From: Mobula hypostoma
Lineage: Eukaryota
Length of the DNA: 64,000 bases
Assembly (NCBI RefSeq): GCF_963921235.1
Contig: NC_086097.1
Coordinates: 161,512,001-161,576,000 of the forward strand
Direction of reading: 5' to 3'
Under the pieces are notes generated by a model. The model made no database searches. It was not told the DNA's origin and worked only from the letters and a program-made list of their open reading frames with translations. How positions within the stretch are numbered: the stretch's first letter is position 1; each line of letters begins with the position of its first letter. The position numbers were made by a program, and so were the translations under genes. This document shows positions 47,960 through 60,779 of this stretch, piece by piece.

Positions 47960-48942
47960 CTTCTACTATTGATGCTGCCCTCACCTGCTCCTCCTCCATT
48001 TCCTGTACATCTGCACTCAGCACACCTTCCCGCCCTCATAACAGTGAGAGTCCTTCTCGTCCATCTTCTGCAACTTCTGCCATCCCCAAAGGGACCCTAC
48101 CACTAAACATCTTTACCCCCGCCATCACCACCACCCTGCATTCCTCAGGGACTGCTCCCTCCACGATTCCCTTGTCCATTCATCCCTCCCCATTAATCTC
48201 CCTGCAGCCACAACCCTACAAGCAGCACAAGTGCTACACCTCAGCATACACTTCCTCCCTCACCACCATCCATTCAGGGGCCCAAACAGTCCTTCCAAGT
48301 GTGGCAGCACTTCACCTGCTGGGGTCATCAATTGTGTCCAATATTCACAATGTGGCATCTTCTACATTGGTGAGACCCATCGCTAATTGGAGAACTGCTT
48401 CATCGAGCACCCCCGCATCATCCACCACAAGCGGGATTTCCCAGTGGTCAAACATTTTAATTCCCATTCCCATTCCAACGTAACAATCCATGGCCTCCTC
48501 TAGTACCAAGATGAAGCCACCTTCAGGGTGGAGGGAGCAATACCTTGTATTCTGTCTGGGTACCCTCCAACCTGATGGCATGAATATCAATTTCTCTTTC
48601 CAGTGAACAAAATTCCTCCCCCCTTCCTTTATTCCCCACTCTGACCTTCTCACCTGCCTATTACTTCCCCCTGGGTCCCCTCCTCCTTCCCTTGCTCCTA
48701 TTGTCCACTCTCCTCTCCTAACAGATTCTTTCTTCTGCAGCCATTGACCTTTCCCACACACCTGGCTTCACTTATCACCTTCCAGCCAGACTCTTTCCTC
48801 TCCACCCACCATCTAATTCAGGCCTCCCCCTTCCCTCTCAGTCATGAAGAAGGGCCTTGGCTCGAATGTCGACTGTTTACTCTTTTCCATAGATAACTGC
48901 CTGACCTGCCGAGTTCCTCCAGCATTTTGTGTGTGTTGCTTT
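47960..48942 (+). mobile_element. Older PLE 3' fragment with a degenerate hammerhead
   Basis: GIY-YIG relic (tacattggtgagacc; gatggcatgaatatc) and terminus ccagcattttgtgtgtgttgc. Confidence 0.85.
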
Positions 48943-49059
48943 AGATACCAATTTGTAGGGAATGTAGGGATATACATCACATGCAAGGCAAGGAAATGCA
49001 GTTTAATTCAGCAACATGTTCTGTGCTGTACTGTTTTATGCTCTACGTCCCATAAAGAG

Positions 49060-49370
49060 AATCAGTACAGAAATGTACAGAAATACACCCTTCAACCAGA
49101 GTCCATACCAAGGACCAAGTACCCAATTTTACACTCTTCCTTCCTTAACCCATCTTATTCTCCCCAATTGGACATCTTTTCTAACGCTATATTCTATCAC
49201 TATCAACCTACACTTTTTTTTTGGAGTGTGGAAGGAAACTAGGGCACCCAGAGGAAACCCATGCAGTCACAGGGAGAATGTGAAATCCATATGCACGTAG
49301 CACCAGAGGTCACGATAAACCAAGATCACTGTAAACATCACCCTTACTAGCTGCACCACTCTGCCCAATG
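49060..49370 (-). mobile_element. SINE fragment (V-SINE/HE1-like)
   Basis: ggagtgtggaaggaaac...cacccagaggaaacccatgcagtcacagggagaatgtg; related to 63330-63600. Confidence 0.6.
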
Positions 49371-49763
49371 CCACTTGAAATTATATTCAATCACCTACTT
49401 TTATTTTTGTACCTACAGGGTGTAAAACTCATTGAGTTCAAGCACCTGCATATCTTAAAGTAACAAGCAGCCTGTACAAACCCTCATAACATCCACCAAA
49501 CCTGCTGCTGCAGAAAACCTACTGGGTGAGGTAGGTGGGCATCCAAGTAATGGTATTGCTGGTTTGAGCAATGTCTTAACATGAAAGTGATTTGATTGTT
49601 GAAAGCTCCTGTCAAAGAAAGGATAATGAATTGAAATAAGTCACACCTCATTGTTATTTCAAGGCTGGACGGTTAAAATTTAACTTTGAAAGATTAGCTA
49701 TGAGTGAATATTCATTGATCTGACCTATTCAAGAAAAAAAATCCATAAAGTTGGCATTCACAC

Positions 49764-49919
49764 CTGAACATGTTAACAACCAGCTCCAAGAATAACTCCT
49801 GAATCTTTGAGTTTAGACTGTCCTGCCAGTTCCTTCTGTGCAGTCGTAAATCTGAAATATCTGTGGAGGAGCCCAAGTGAGATAGTTCCAAATCATAATG
49901 CAACTGTAGACTTTCAATC
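49764..49919 (-). CDS. DENND3: DENND3 exon: IESLQLHYDLELSHL...LELVVNMF
   Basis: 156 nt; acceptor ttcccag, donor GTGTGA; phase 2/2. Confidence 0.93.
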
Positions 49920-50659
49920 CTGGGAAAAAAGGAATCACATTTTTTTCTAATTTAAATTAATTTTCTAGTAAAAGAATAAAGTTTCGCATGACACTTAAAA
50001 GAAATTATTCTTCAGATAACAAGCCCAGTTTATCAGAGAAAAAAGCAAAGGATATGCATTAAAATTTATCACTTTAAAGAGACCATTCAATTAACTTTTC
50101 TTTCTCGGCTCAAATTTCACCATACGTGACAATAAACTACTTAGTTTTTTAAACTTTCTTTAATTCTAAGAAAATAGCAATTCAAAAAACACTCTACAGT
50201 TACGCTTAATGTTTAATGTTAAATAATGCTTTCCCTTGCAAGTGCAGACAGTGCAAAACTTGTCGTTTCCCACTATCTGCAGACACAAAAAAAGCAGACT
50301 GGACTTGTATTTGATTTCTGTCTGTATTGGTCATCCGTCCATAACATTGGCTCAACTGTTTTCTTCCCCCCTCTGTGACCGGAAGGTATGCTCACCATGT
50401 CATAATAGGCATATCTTCCTGCTCTACATTTTGCAACTCCTGCAGATCTCTATGTTCTTACTCTCTATCTGCTCTCATTCACCCAGTGACCAGATAACCA
50501 CGTTTTACTCTATCAAAAACATACCATCTCACCCATACTCCTTGCAGCTTAACAAATTTCTTTTACCGCCTTCTCAGTTCTAATGAAGTGACTTTAACCT
50601 GATGTATATTAATTCTATTTCTATTCCCACACATGTTGCCTAACCTCCGAGTATACATA

Positions 50660-52000
50660 ATATAGAAAAGTATAGCACAGGAAGTCCTTCAGCCCGTGAT
50701 GCCTTTGCTAAACATGATGCCAATTTGAACTATACATGGGCCTGCAGGTGGTTTATTACTCCCAATTCCTTGCCTGTTCGTATTTTTGTCTCATTGCCTC
50801 TTAAACATCGCTGTCATATCTGCTTCCACCTGGCAGCACATTACAGGCACCCATCACTTTCTATTAAAAAAAACCTGCCTTGCACCTCTCCTTCAAACAT
50901 TCTCTCTCTCTCTCACCTTAAAACTAAGTTCTCAGTATTTGATATTTCTACCCAGGAAATAAAGACCAATTATCTACTGTTTCTATGCCTCTCAGTTTTA
51001 TATATTTCTATCAGATCACTTCTCAGTCTTCAACACTCCAGACAAAGCAATCCAATTTTGTCCAATATTTTCTTATAGCTAACAGTCTTTAATCTAGGCA
51101 ATATCCTGATAAACATCTACATCCACTAAAACCTTCCACATCCTTCTGGTGATGTGTTGACCAGAACTACACACAATACAGCAAATGTGACTAACCAAAG
51201 TTTTATATTGCTTCAATGTGACTGCCCAATTTTCATACTGACCAATGAAGTAAAGCATGGCACACACCTTCTTTACCACCTTATTGACTTGTGTTGATAC
51301 TTTCGGTGAGCTATGCTTCTATAGTTTCTGCCATTTAATGTATACAGTACTTTTATCTTACACATTTGACACCCAAAGTGTAACACCTCACACTTGTACA
51401 GATTAAACTCCATTTGCCATTTCTCTGCCCATATTTCCAGCTGGTCTATACCCTGTTGAATCGTTTGACAATCTTCCACCCTATACACAGCTCAACCCAT
51501 TTTTATGCCCCCTACAAACTTACCAGCCCACAAATTGTTTAACCATAATAGTAAACAGTACTGTTTCAGTACTGATCCTTATAGAACAAAACTGATTACA
51601 GACCTCCAGTCAAAGTAACACTCCTCCATCACTATTCTCCATCATTTCTGGCGAGGCTAATTTTGAATCTATATCTACCAAGTCTCCATGAATCGCAAGT
51701 GCCTTAACCTTCTGGATAAGCCTAGCAAAAATGACTTTGTCAAAAGTTTAACTAGCCCCCAAATATATCATTATCTATTGCACTCTTCTCATCAATTATC
51801 TTCATCATCTTCTCAATAAAACTTAACCAAGATTAAGTCTTACAAGCTTCCACACAAAACCATGTTGACTATCACTAATAAGTCTATGCTTTTCCAGATA
51901 CAGTAAATCCTATCCTCTAGAATCTTCTCCAGTAACTTCCCTACCACTGACGTAAGGCTCATTGGCCTAAAGCAAGGAACAACATTGGCTATACTCTGAA
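50660..52000 (-). mobile_element. Decayed CR1
   Basis: WAEKWQMEFNLYKCEVLHFG; RPMSLTSVVGKLLEKIL. Confidence 0.85.
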
Positions 52001-52295
52001 CCTCAGGAGTGCAATATTTTGCTTGTGGAGTATTTCCACCATTTTCTGCTTTTAATATTCTCACAGGAGTCCAGTTATAGGGTATATAAATAGTTATGCC
52101 AATTTTCCAAAGGAACTAAATCAGTTTGAAACTATTTTTATAAAATACATAGAATGCTGAAATAATTACTTAAAATTCTAAGAATACACTTGTGAGTGGG
52201 GCAAAGCATAAACATATACAGCATTGTAAATTAAATTTTACTGGACATGCTGAATTTATATTACAGTAATGCCCTGCAAGTCTCAAAGAAACATC

Positions 52296-53960
52296 TGGAT
52301 GGATGGATGGATGGATCACTTGTGAAGATCAGAAGGGAAGAAGGGGTTCCTCAGGAGCAACGGCACAATTATTGGTGACTGTAAAGGCCAATTCTGGATC
52401 TGCAGACAAGATTCTGGAGTAGTAGGAACGTGGAAACAGCTGGATGTGGGTGCTTGGATAATAGGATCCTTCCTGTGTCTCCTCCTCTTCACTATCACTC
52501 TTCTGGATTCCTCAAAATTCTTGGCTGCTCAGTGGATCAGTGTTCTCCAGTGCCATCTGTCACAAGCCAGCTGCTACCACTCATTAACCTTGATATTTGC
52601 CTGAGAGTGCTGCTGCTTAAGTTGGTCTTTGTACCTCTTGCCCTGAGAGAGTTCTCCGTAGAGTACTACTTTCGGTAACCTGGAGTTGTCCATGCAAGAC
52701 ATGTGGCAAGACCAGCGGAGCTGCCTGAACAGCAAAGTGGCTTCAATGCTTAGAAGTTGAGCATTCTCCAGGACCTCATTGTTGGGGACATGATCATGCC
52801 AGTTGACACCCATAATGGAGCAGAGGCAGCACTGATGGAAGCACTCGAGCAACCAGATTTTCTTGCAGTACAAGACCCAGGCTTCAGAACCATACAACAG
52901 TGTTGTGACAACGGCAGCCCTGTACACCTGGATTTTTGTGGACAGACGCAGCTGGTGGTTCTTCCATGCATGTATGAGGAGGTGCCCAAAAGCACTGCTG
53001 GCTCTGGCAAGTCTATCGTCAACCTCCCTTACCATCGCAGCGTCGTTGGAGATGACGCTGCCCAGGTAGGTGAACTGCTTAATCGTGGTGAGAGGATAGT
53101 CATCAGTGGTGATCCAAGATGGATTGTAAATGTCATGAGGGTGCTTCTGATGGAGGATCATTGTTTTCTCCAGTCTGACTGTTAACCTGAAAGCCTTGGC
53201 AAACTGAGTGACTGCAGCCTGTAGCATGTCTTCTGTGCACGTGAGAAGAGCACAGTTGTCTGCACACAGAAGCTAGAGAATGGGTTCTTGCATGGTTTTT
53301 GTTTAGGCAAGAAGGCAGTAGAGGTTAAAGATATTTCCATCAGTGCAGAACCGAATGTAGATGCTCTCTGAGGTGGTCTCTTTCGCTTCAAGTAGCATTA
53401 TGTTGAAAAAGATGGCAAAGAGTGTTGGTGCCAAAACACAGACTTGTTTCACACCAGTACTGATGGGGAATGGGTCAAACAGGTGGCCATTGTGCTTAAA
53501 CTGACCACTTTGGCTTTCATGGAGCTTCTGCAGGACAGTGAGAAATTTCAGGGGACTGTCGAGCTTCGACAGAATCTTCCAGAGACCATCACGGCTGATT
53601 GTATCAAAGGCCTTGGTCTGGTAAATGCCGCAAACAGTCCCATGTTCTGTTCATGACACTTCTCCTGTATCTGGTGCAGGACAAAGATCATGTTGGATGT
53701 GCCTCTGTTTGCCTTGAATCCACGCTGACTCTCTGTGAGGTTGCCTTCAGCGATGGTAGGGATGATTCTGTCCAACAGAATTCTGGCAAGGACCTTCCCG
53801 GCAGTGGACAGCAGGGTAACCCCTCTGTAGTTTGAACAATCCAATTTCTGCCCTTCATTTTTGTACAAGGAGACAATTACAGCATAGTGGAGGTCATTTG
53901 GGACTAAACCTTTCTCCCAACAGAATGTGAACAGGTTTGAGTTTGCTCAGGAGAATGAAC
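52296..53960 (-). mobile_element. 5'-truncated RTE-clade LINE
   Basis: DCSNYRGVTLLSTAGKVLARILLDR, FTYLGS, VYRAAVVTTLLYGSEAW, RLPKVVLYGEL; (ATCC)n tail. Confidence 0.9.
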
Positions 53961-54115
53961 TCCTGCAATAATATCTTGCATGTCTCAAAGAAACATCTAC
54001 TCAATAAAAAAATAACTACATAAAATTCTGCTACAGCAGTATGAAGTTTGTCCAACTTACTTATATTTAAACCTTTTAAGTGAAATGATGTTCAAGATAT
54101 TATATTTGCATTTAC

Positions 54116-54237
54116 CTTCGTAAAAACCATTCTGCAGCTTGTGTTGGAATTTCAGGTATATGTGGTTCAGTACCTGCCAAGTTTGAGAATTTAATTGCTC
54201 CTTCATCAATGTTCACCAATATTAAGCCTTCTATTTC
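54116..54237 (-). CDS. DENND3: DENND3 exon: EIEGLILVNIDEGAIKF...AAEWFLR
   Basis: 122 nt; acceptor aaatag, donor GTAAAT; phase 0/2; not in the ORF track. Confidence 0.93.
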
Positions 54238-56132
54238 CTATTTAATTGGTAACAAATAAACAAGTTTACATTTCAGCTTAACGGATAATGTAAAAGTAGT
54301 ACAAATTATATTGGCCCAAGCCCAATGCTTGCTATCACCTCCGACATCTTCCCCAATCTGTACTCTATGAGTCCAGCAACAAAACACATCAACTTATGCA
54401 GTACCATTAGCAATTCAGCTAAATTCAATTTGTCATAGAATTATTGCTATTTAACTGGCTAAATACAGGCAGGTATCAAAACCACTGAATTTGCCAGGGA
54501 AATCTGACCTAATGTTTGATTTGTGCAATTATGTTTAAATATTTTTCATATTTCAATGGTGTATTACATTTTCCTTGTCTTTTTTTTCAACTAGCACTCT
54601 AAGTTAGGAACAGAAAAATAGTTTTAAGTTTATTCATTTCAGATGATGATGAAGCCTTCTCATTAACATCGCAATCTCATTTTACATTTTATTGAATGGG
54701 AGGCCAACTCCAGTAGACAATGAAACATATCCCGGATGGTTAACATTCCACAAATTACAAAGTTAATTGCTGCTACACCTTTTAAATGAGCTACTTTTCA
54801 AACAACTATTATAACTCACTTGAACAGCACCCCCTTTCATTTCCCCACTCAAAACAGCAAGACTTTGTTTCTGGTCTGGGTACCCTGCTGCGGGAAGGCA
54901 ACTTCTCAATCACCAAAGACAAAGAAGTGGTTGGTGGATGTCTCCTCAGAGTACATGCAATGTATCGTAATATCTGCTTTAGCTAATCAATGTATGTGCT
55001 CCATGCAAAATGAATGACTGCCTGCCATCTAGCAGTTCCCATTACTGCTGGTGATGTCCCAGCCAGTCATCTGGCAGGTGACATCAAGTGCATCTTTGGT
55101 ACAGCTGGACAATTCAGCAGTGCCGTTAGCAGACTAGACAACAACTCCCAATGGAAATGGTTAAAGATGCAAAGTTGTGCTATGCCCTCAGCAATCCTGC
55201 AGGCAGAACACAGCAGCAATCCACCTGGTCAGGAACAAACACCTCAGCCCAGTCCCGGATAGACTGCCAAAATCAGATCCAATTCGATCACACCAGTGTT
55301 TTTCTCTGAACACTGTCTTCTAAAGACTCCTGCCAGCCACAGAAAGACCAAAAGGCAAGCAGAAAGACATAAAATAAAGGGAAGCTGAATTTTGGAGGAG
55401 CATGAAGACCCCTTTGTTAGCTCCTTGGTGGACTAGTTGGAAGAAACCAAGGAGAATATTGAAGTTTTCATCATCAAGTGTGTTCAAAAAATTCAACAGG
55501 AGTTTTGCCAACTCCAAAAAGTCCTGTTGCAGCTTCTCCTCTGCAGTTGAGAGATGGTCATGAAGGAGGAACTCCAAGAGATGATGAACCAGCAAATCTT
55601 GGAATCCTCAATGATAATCTTCCAATTTGGAGTTCATTCAATGGAATAGAATGATACCTGCTCATGCTTCTTATAAAGAATTCACAAAGGAGCTCCATAT
55701 TCCACAGCCTTAAAGAAGGATGACTTGGTAACATTCTTATATTTAAGGATCTACATACTCCCAGAACTAACTGTCTTCTATCACAGATACTAGGTGACAG
55801 CAACTGGGAGAGTCTGGCCAGCCACTGACCCTGCAGGAACAAAGGGGTTCCATTCATTCCATCGATTCAAATAAAACTCCAGTAAGTGATTGCTTACTAG
55901 CAGGGTTGTTCTTGGCTCTGTAGGCATAGATGGGCCCAGAACTGCTGCAAGTGTACACTACTAGCTTGCAGCATGTCAGAATTCTACTGGCAGAAGAAAG
56001 ACATCAGGAATTGAAGACCCATATCACTACTGAATCTAGATTACAAGATCGGAATGACATCACTCCAAGCCAGGTCAAACCTGTGTGGTATCTGGCAGGT
56101 AAACCTTTTACAGACTTGCACTGCTTAGGGAT

Positions 56133-56320
56133 AGCTGGCTGGTGGCGTAGTGGCATCAGTGCTGGACTTCAAAGCGAAGGCTCCCGAGTTCGAATCCAGC
56201 TGGCTCCTTTGCACACTTCTGATCCGTGCTGGGTTGAATGTCGAGCTAGCAACTCGGCCTCGTAAAAGAAGAAAGCCTGCTAAAAAAAACGCCATCATGA
56301 CAGCGTCCCGATGGAAAGAA
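56133..56320 (+). mobile_element. tRNA-derived SINE (same family as 38797)
   Basis: TGGCGTAGTGG and GAGTTCGAATCC boxes; colinear body. Confidence 0.88.
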
Positions 56321-56780
56321 GAGACTGCTCAAGGATGCCATCACGTACATGTAATACTGAGGAATAGACACCTGACTAGTCAGCTTGAACAGGAGAGCGT
56401 CTTCAACAGGATATTGCACATGTAAATAATGGACATGCCCCCTAAATTGAAATTTGGGAAGGGAATCAAAAATTTGGATCCAACTGCACTACACAGAAAT
56501 CTCTTGAGCAGATCAAATCAATGGGTGGGAAACAAATAGCTTCCTTATTAAATCAAGGGTTGTTCACTCTCCCATCTTGTTTCTATGTTGCATTGAACCC
56601 TTTGCTGAATCCATTTTGAAAAAAATCAGACATAGTCATGTTACCAGGTGGGAAGGTGGGAGGTATTGAGATCAAAGTCTCCCCGTACATGGATAACATT
56701 GCAGCCTTCTGCATGAGCCTATGGTTGGTCCTCAGATTGATAAGCATCTGTGACTAAGTTAAGTTGGTATCAGGAGCTGC

Positions 56781-56990
56781 CGGCTGGTGGCGTAGTGGCA
56801 TCAGCGCTGGACTTCGGAGCAAAGGCTCCCGAGTTCGAATCCAGGCAGCTCCCTTGCATGCTTTCCATCCATGCTGGGTTGAGCGTCGAGTTGGCAACTC
56901 AGCCTTGTAAAAATAAGAAAGCCTGCTAAAAAAACGCCGTCATGATGGCGTTGCGATGACTACACTCGGAGTTAAGGGCTTTCTTCTTCT
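56781..56990 (+). mobile_element. tRNA-derived SINE (same family as 38797)
   Basis: A and B boxes; (CTT)n tail. Confidence 0.9.
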
Positions 56991-57280
56991 TGTGTTGCAC
57001 GTGGCCAAGTGGTTAAGGCACTGGTCTAGTGATCTGAAGGTCACTAGTTCAAGCCTCAGCTGAGGCAGCGTGTTGTGTCCTTGAGCAAGGCACTTAATCA
57101 CACATTGCTCTGCAACAACACCGGTGCCAAGCTGTATTGGCCCTAGTGCCCTTCCCTTGGCCAACATCGGTGGCGTGGAGAGGGGAGACTTGTAGCATGG
57201 GCAACTGTCAGTCTTCCATACGCCCTGGAAACCTTCCAAAGGTACAAATCCATGGTCTCACAAGACTAAAGCATGCCTAT
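56991..57280 (+). mobile_element. Second tRNA-derived SINE family
   Basis: A box TGGCCAAGTGG, B-like box AGTTCAAGCC; 3' part shared with the 26047/36817 repeats. Confidence 0.75.
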
Positions 57281-57329
57281 ATCAGGAACCAGAGTCAACT
57301 GCAAGAAGAGCAAGGCTATGCTCCAAAAC

Positions 57330-57780
57330 AAAGGGAGCGTGCCTTATGAGAATAGGTTAAGTGAACTCTGCCTTTTCTCCTTGGAGTGACGGAGGATGAG
57401 AGGTGACCTGATAGAGGTCACCTGATATAGGTGTACAAGATAATGACAGGCATTGATCGTGTGGATAGTCAGAGGCTTTTTCCCAGGGTTGAAATGGCTA
57501 GCACGAGAGGGCATAGTTTTAAGATGCTTGGAAGCAGGTACAGAGGAGATATCAGGGGTAAGTTTTTTTTGACGCAGAGAGTGGTGAGTGTGTGGAATGG
57601 GCTGCTGGCGGCAGCGGTGGAAATGATAGGGTCTTTAAGAGGCTCCTGGATAGGTACGTGGAGCTTACAAAAATAGAGGGCTATGGGTAAGCCTAGGTAG
57701 TTCTAAGGTAAGGACATGTTCAGCACAGCTTTGTGGGCTGAAAGGCCTGTATTGTGCTCTAGGTTTTCTATGTTCTAAGT
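57330..57780 (+). mobile_element. CR1 3' fragment
   Basis: GIDRVDSQRLFP...QRVVSVWN; colinear with 43760-44185. Confidence 0.88.
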
Positions 57781-57804
57781 TCTAATTGATACTACTGGTG
57801 CTCT

Positions 57805-58477
57805 CACAAACAGGGGAAAATCTGCAGATGCTGAAAATCTAAGCAACACACACAAAATGCTGGAAGAACTCAGCAGGCCAGCCAGCATCTATGGAAAAAA
57901 GTACAGCCAGCGTTTTGGGTCGAGACCCTTCCGAAGGACTGGAGAAAAAAGATGAGGAGTAGATTTAAAAGGTGGGGGGAGGGGAGAGAAAAACACAAGC
58001 TAATCGGTGAAACTAGGAGGGGGAAGGATAAAGTACAGAGCTGGGAAGTTGATTGGTGAAAGAAATACAGGGTTGGAGAAGGGGGAATCTAATAGAAGAC
58101 ACAGGGCCATGGAAGAAAGAAAAGGGGGGACGAGCACCAGAGGGACGCAACGGGCAGGCAAGGAGATAAAGTGAGAGGGGGGAAAAGGGGATGAGAAATG
58201 GTGAAGGAGGGACAGGGGCATTACCAGAAGTTCGAGAAATCAATGGTCATACTATTAGGTTGGAAGCTACCCAGACGGAATATAAGGTGTTGTTCCTCCA
58301 ACTTGAGTGTGGCCTCAACTTGACAGTAGAGGAGGCCATAGATTGACATATCGGAATGGAAATGGAAAGTGGAATTAAAATAGAGGCCACTGGGAGATCA
58401 CACTTCTTCTGGCAGACAGAGCATAGGTGCTTGGCAAAGCGGTCTCCCAATCTACGTTAGGTCTCACCGATATACGG
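57805..58477 (-). mobile_element. PLE 3' fragment with a degenerate hammerhead
   Basis: LGDRFAKHLCSV; terminus tctgcagatgctg...gcaacacacacaaaatgctgg. Confidence 0.88.
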
Positions 58478-59953
58478 GCAGAGGTCTGCATGGAACATTC
58501 TGCAAAATAAAGACACCGTGGCACCTTTGGGGGCGGTTCCTGAGCAGACTGTCCAAACTATCTGGCAGAATTCCTCATTGCCAGAAGTCACCAACACCAA
58601 GACCTCACTTAGCTGGTGGCAAGAGGGGCTCACCCCGTCAGGTCAGAATCTCACTCTCAATGCACTCTGCTTTTGAGACAGTGTGGAGAAGACTGGCACC
58701 CATTTCCTTGCAGTCTATATATGGAGAAGAATGCAACGCACCTTGTCATAGTTCAGCCCAAAAAGCTGTGTAACAGAGAACTCTCTGATCTACAGGCAAT
58801 CCCCAGGGACACACATAGGTAGATACTAAGAGCAGCTGGAAGATCGAGTCAATGAAAGACTCTTTTTGTTTTGCCAGTATAGCAGGATATCCATAGGGAA
58901 TGCTGCACATTCCAGGCTGCAGGATTACATTCTGAAGGATGTACAGAAGCCCACTGCAACCAATGTAAGACTTTGTTGGGGAAGGGCTGTATATTAGGGT
59001 CCTTTTCCACTGGGCATTGAGGGGCTGTACCAGAGTTGCCTTCAAACAACTTAAGTTTGTATTACCCCAGGGTGGCAATAGTTCTATGTACACAAAAATG
59101 TGCTAACTCAACTAATATACAGAACCAATGACATGATGAATGTGTAGACTGAATAATACTACGAATGTAAAGAGACATACGCCATGTTTTTTCTTTCGTT
59201 TTTGTACATATATTTTTACTAGGAATTAAGTTTATTTTTGAAATTAAGAAAGCAATTGAACTATTTATATATTGGCTTGACCTTCCTTCCTGTATTTGAT
59301 TGCGGTTGCCAGGTTTTAGCAAGTCATTGTAGAATGCCTTTCCCCCGTCAGTTATAAATATCCATCACATCCCCAAAATGAATATAGTGAAGGTACTATC
59401 CCTAGTACATGCAATGCTCATTTTTTAAAAATCAAATCCCACTCATCTATCTATTGCAATGTGGATATTACATGCTCAACAAGAAAGGACCAGACCACTG
59501 TGATGTTGGTAACTGTTGTGATCAGTGTTACGGACAAAATTAGGGAAGGCATTCAGAGAAATCAGGGAAGATTTCCACTTGCTCAAACTCATTGGGAGGC
59601 AAGCAACGACTTCTGTTTAGGTTTCTGACCTTGAAAGTTGCAGTTCTAAGACAATACCTGACTAAAACTGAAACACAACAGATCACGTGGGCAGGATTAA
59701 ATTAAAAATAAGTGAGCAAATATGCTGACAATCTTGATTCCTGTTGTTCCTTTAATTCACAAGTATATTAGAAATAAGGGAGGAAATAGGAAAGAAAAAA
59801 GAAGCATTGTACTTTAGGACATTGTCAGTTGTGGTTAAACTGATGTTGCTTCACAATAAAAACATTTGAAAACAAAACAGAAATAAGGGAGGAAATGTCA
59901 GCAGTTAATTATGGTACTATTGATACACTTTTTAAAAGATGATTGATACTTAC

Positions 59954-60172
59954 AGACTTCACTTCTTTAAAATAATCAATGTGGCAACCCATGAGAAAAG
60001 CTGTTGGCGCCATCAAAAAATCCATCATTCCTTTGGACAGGATAGGAACATAGGTGTGTTGCCATTGAAGTGGATGAAGATAAAGAAGAAAACATTCTGC
60101 GACAAGTGTCAGCAAAGCCCAATCAGCTGAAAGAAAGACTAACCTCTGCTCAATTAAAATACATGTCAGGAT
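59954..60172 (-). CDS. DENND3: DENND3 exon (cDENN): [28 protein letters not shown]...DYFKEVKS
   Basis: 219 nt; acceptor ctccatag, donor GTAAGT; phase 0/0. Confidence 0.95.
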
Positions 60173-60779
60173 CTATGGAGTAAAAAGAATGTTTGAGATA
60201 TTAGCAGATTTAAGCATTTGTCACCCAATGTATATTTGAAAATTCTTCCTTTATATAAAGCTGCATTGGTATAGTTATCTACTAACATTAAGCTATCATG
60301 TTCCATACCTTGTACTTCATTGAGTGCAACATTTGCAGGATTCAGAAGATTTGGAGAGAACTCACTGGGCTTAGTTGGAGGATAAAATGTCCTCAAACCA
60401 CTCAATCTTGCAATCCTGCAAATATTTATCTATCTTCAACTTGTGTATCTAATGATCAGGCTTCCACACCTCGGTGGCAGAGAAATGCAGAGAGGAGAAA
60501 CTTCTACACACCTCAGCTTTAAACTGTTTAGCCTCTCCTGATATGACAATGTCAACCAGAAATTAGCAAAGTGAATCTTGTTGGGACTGCTTCCAATGTT
60601 ACAAGACTCCTTTCTTTTATAAGAAGACAAAAAATGAGCACAGTATTACAGTTGAAGCCTCACCTTACAGCTATAACAAAACATTGCTATTCTAAAATTT
60701 GAACTCCATCCCAAAATACTGCCTGTATTCTTGAAAGACCTGCCAGCTAATTTTGTTTTTGGATTCATGCACTATTACT

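Larger units (their letters stand above)
54950..59150 (+). mobile_element. Ancient Tx1/L1-like LINE relic broken by SINEs, a CR1 and a PLE
   Basis: RT relics at 56550-56700 (QGC.LSP...IEPFA; YMDN); boundaries approximate. Confidence 0.55.
14529..60172 (-). other. DENND3: DENND3 gene span (partial: 15 coding exons, 2616 nt, 872 codons)
   Basis: Exon translations follow vertebrate DENND3 in order ([11 protein letters not shown]...[78 protein letters not shown]). All junctions are GT-AG with compatible phases. Confidence 0.96.

Noticed and set aside
48840..48875. Hammerhead motifs here and at about 57905-57940
   Set aside because: Catalytic boxes are mutated (CATGAAGA...GAATGTC; CTTCGGA...AAAACGCT), so they were not called as ribozymes.
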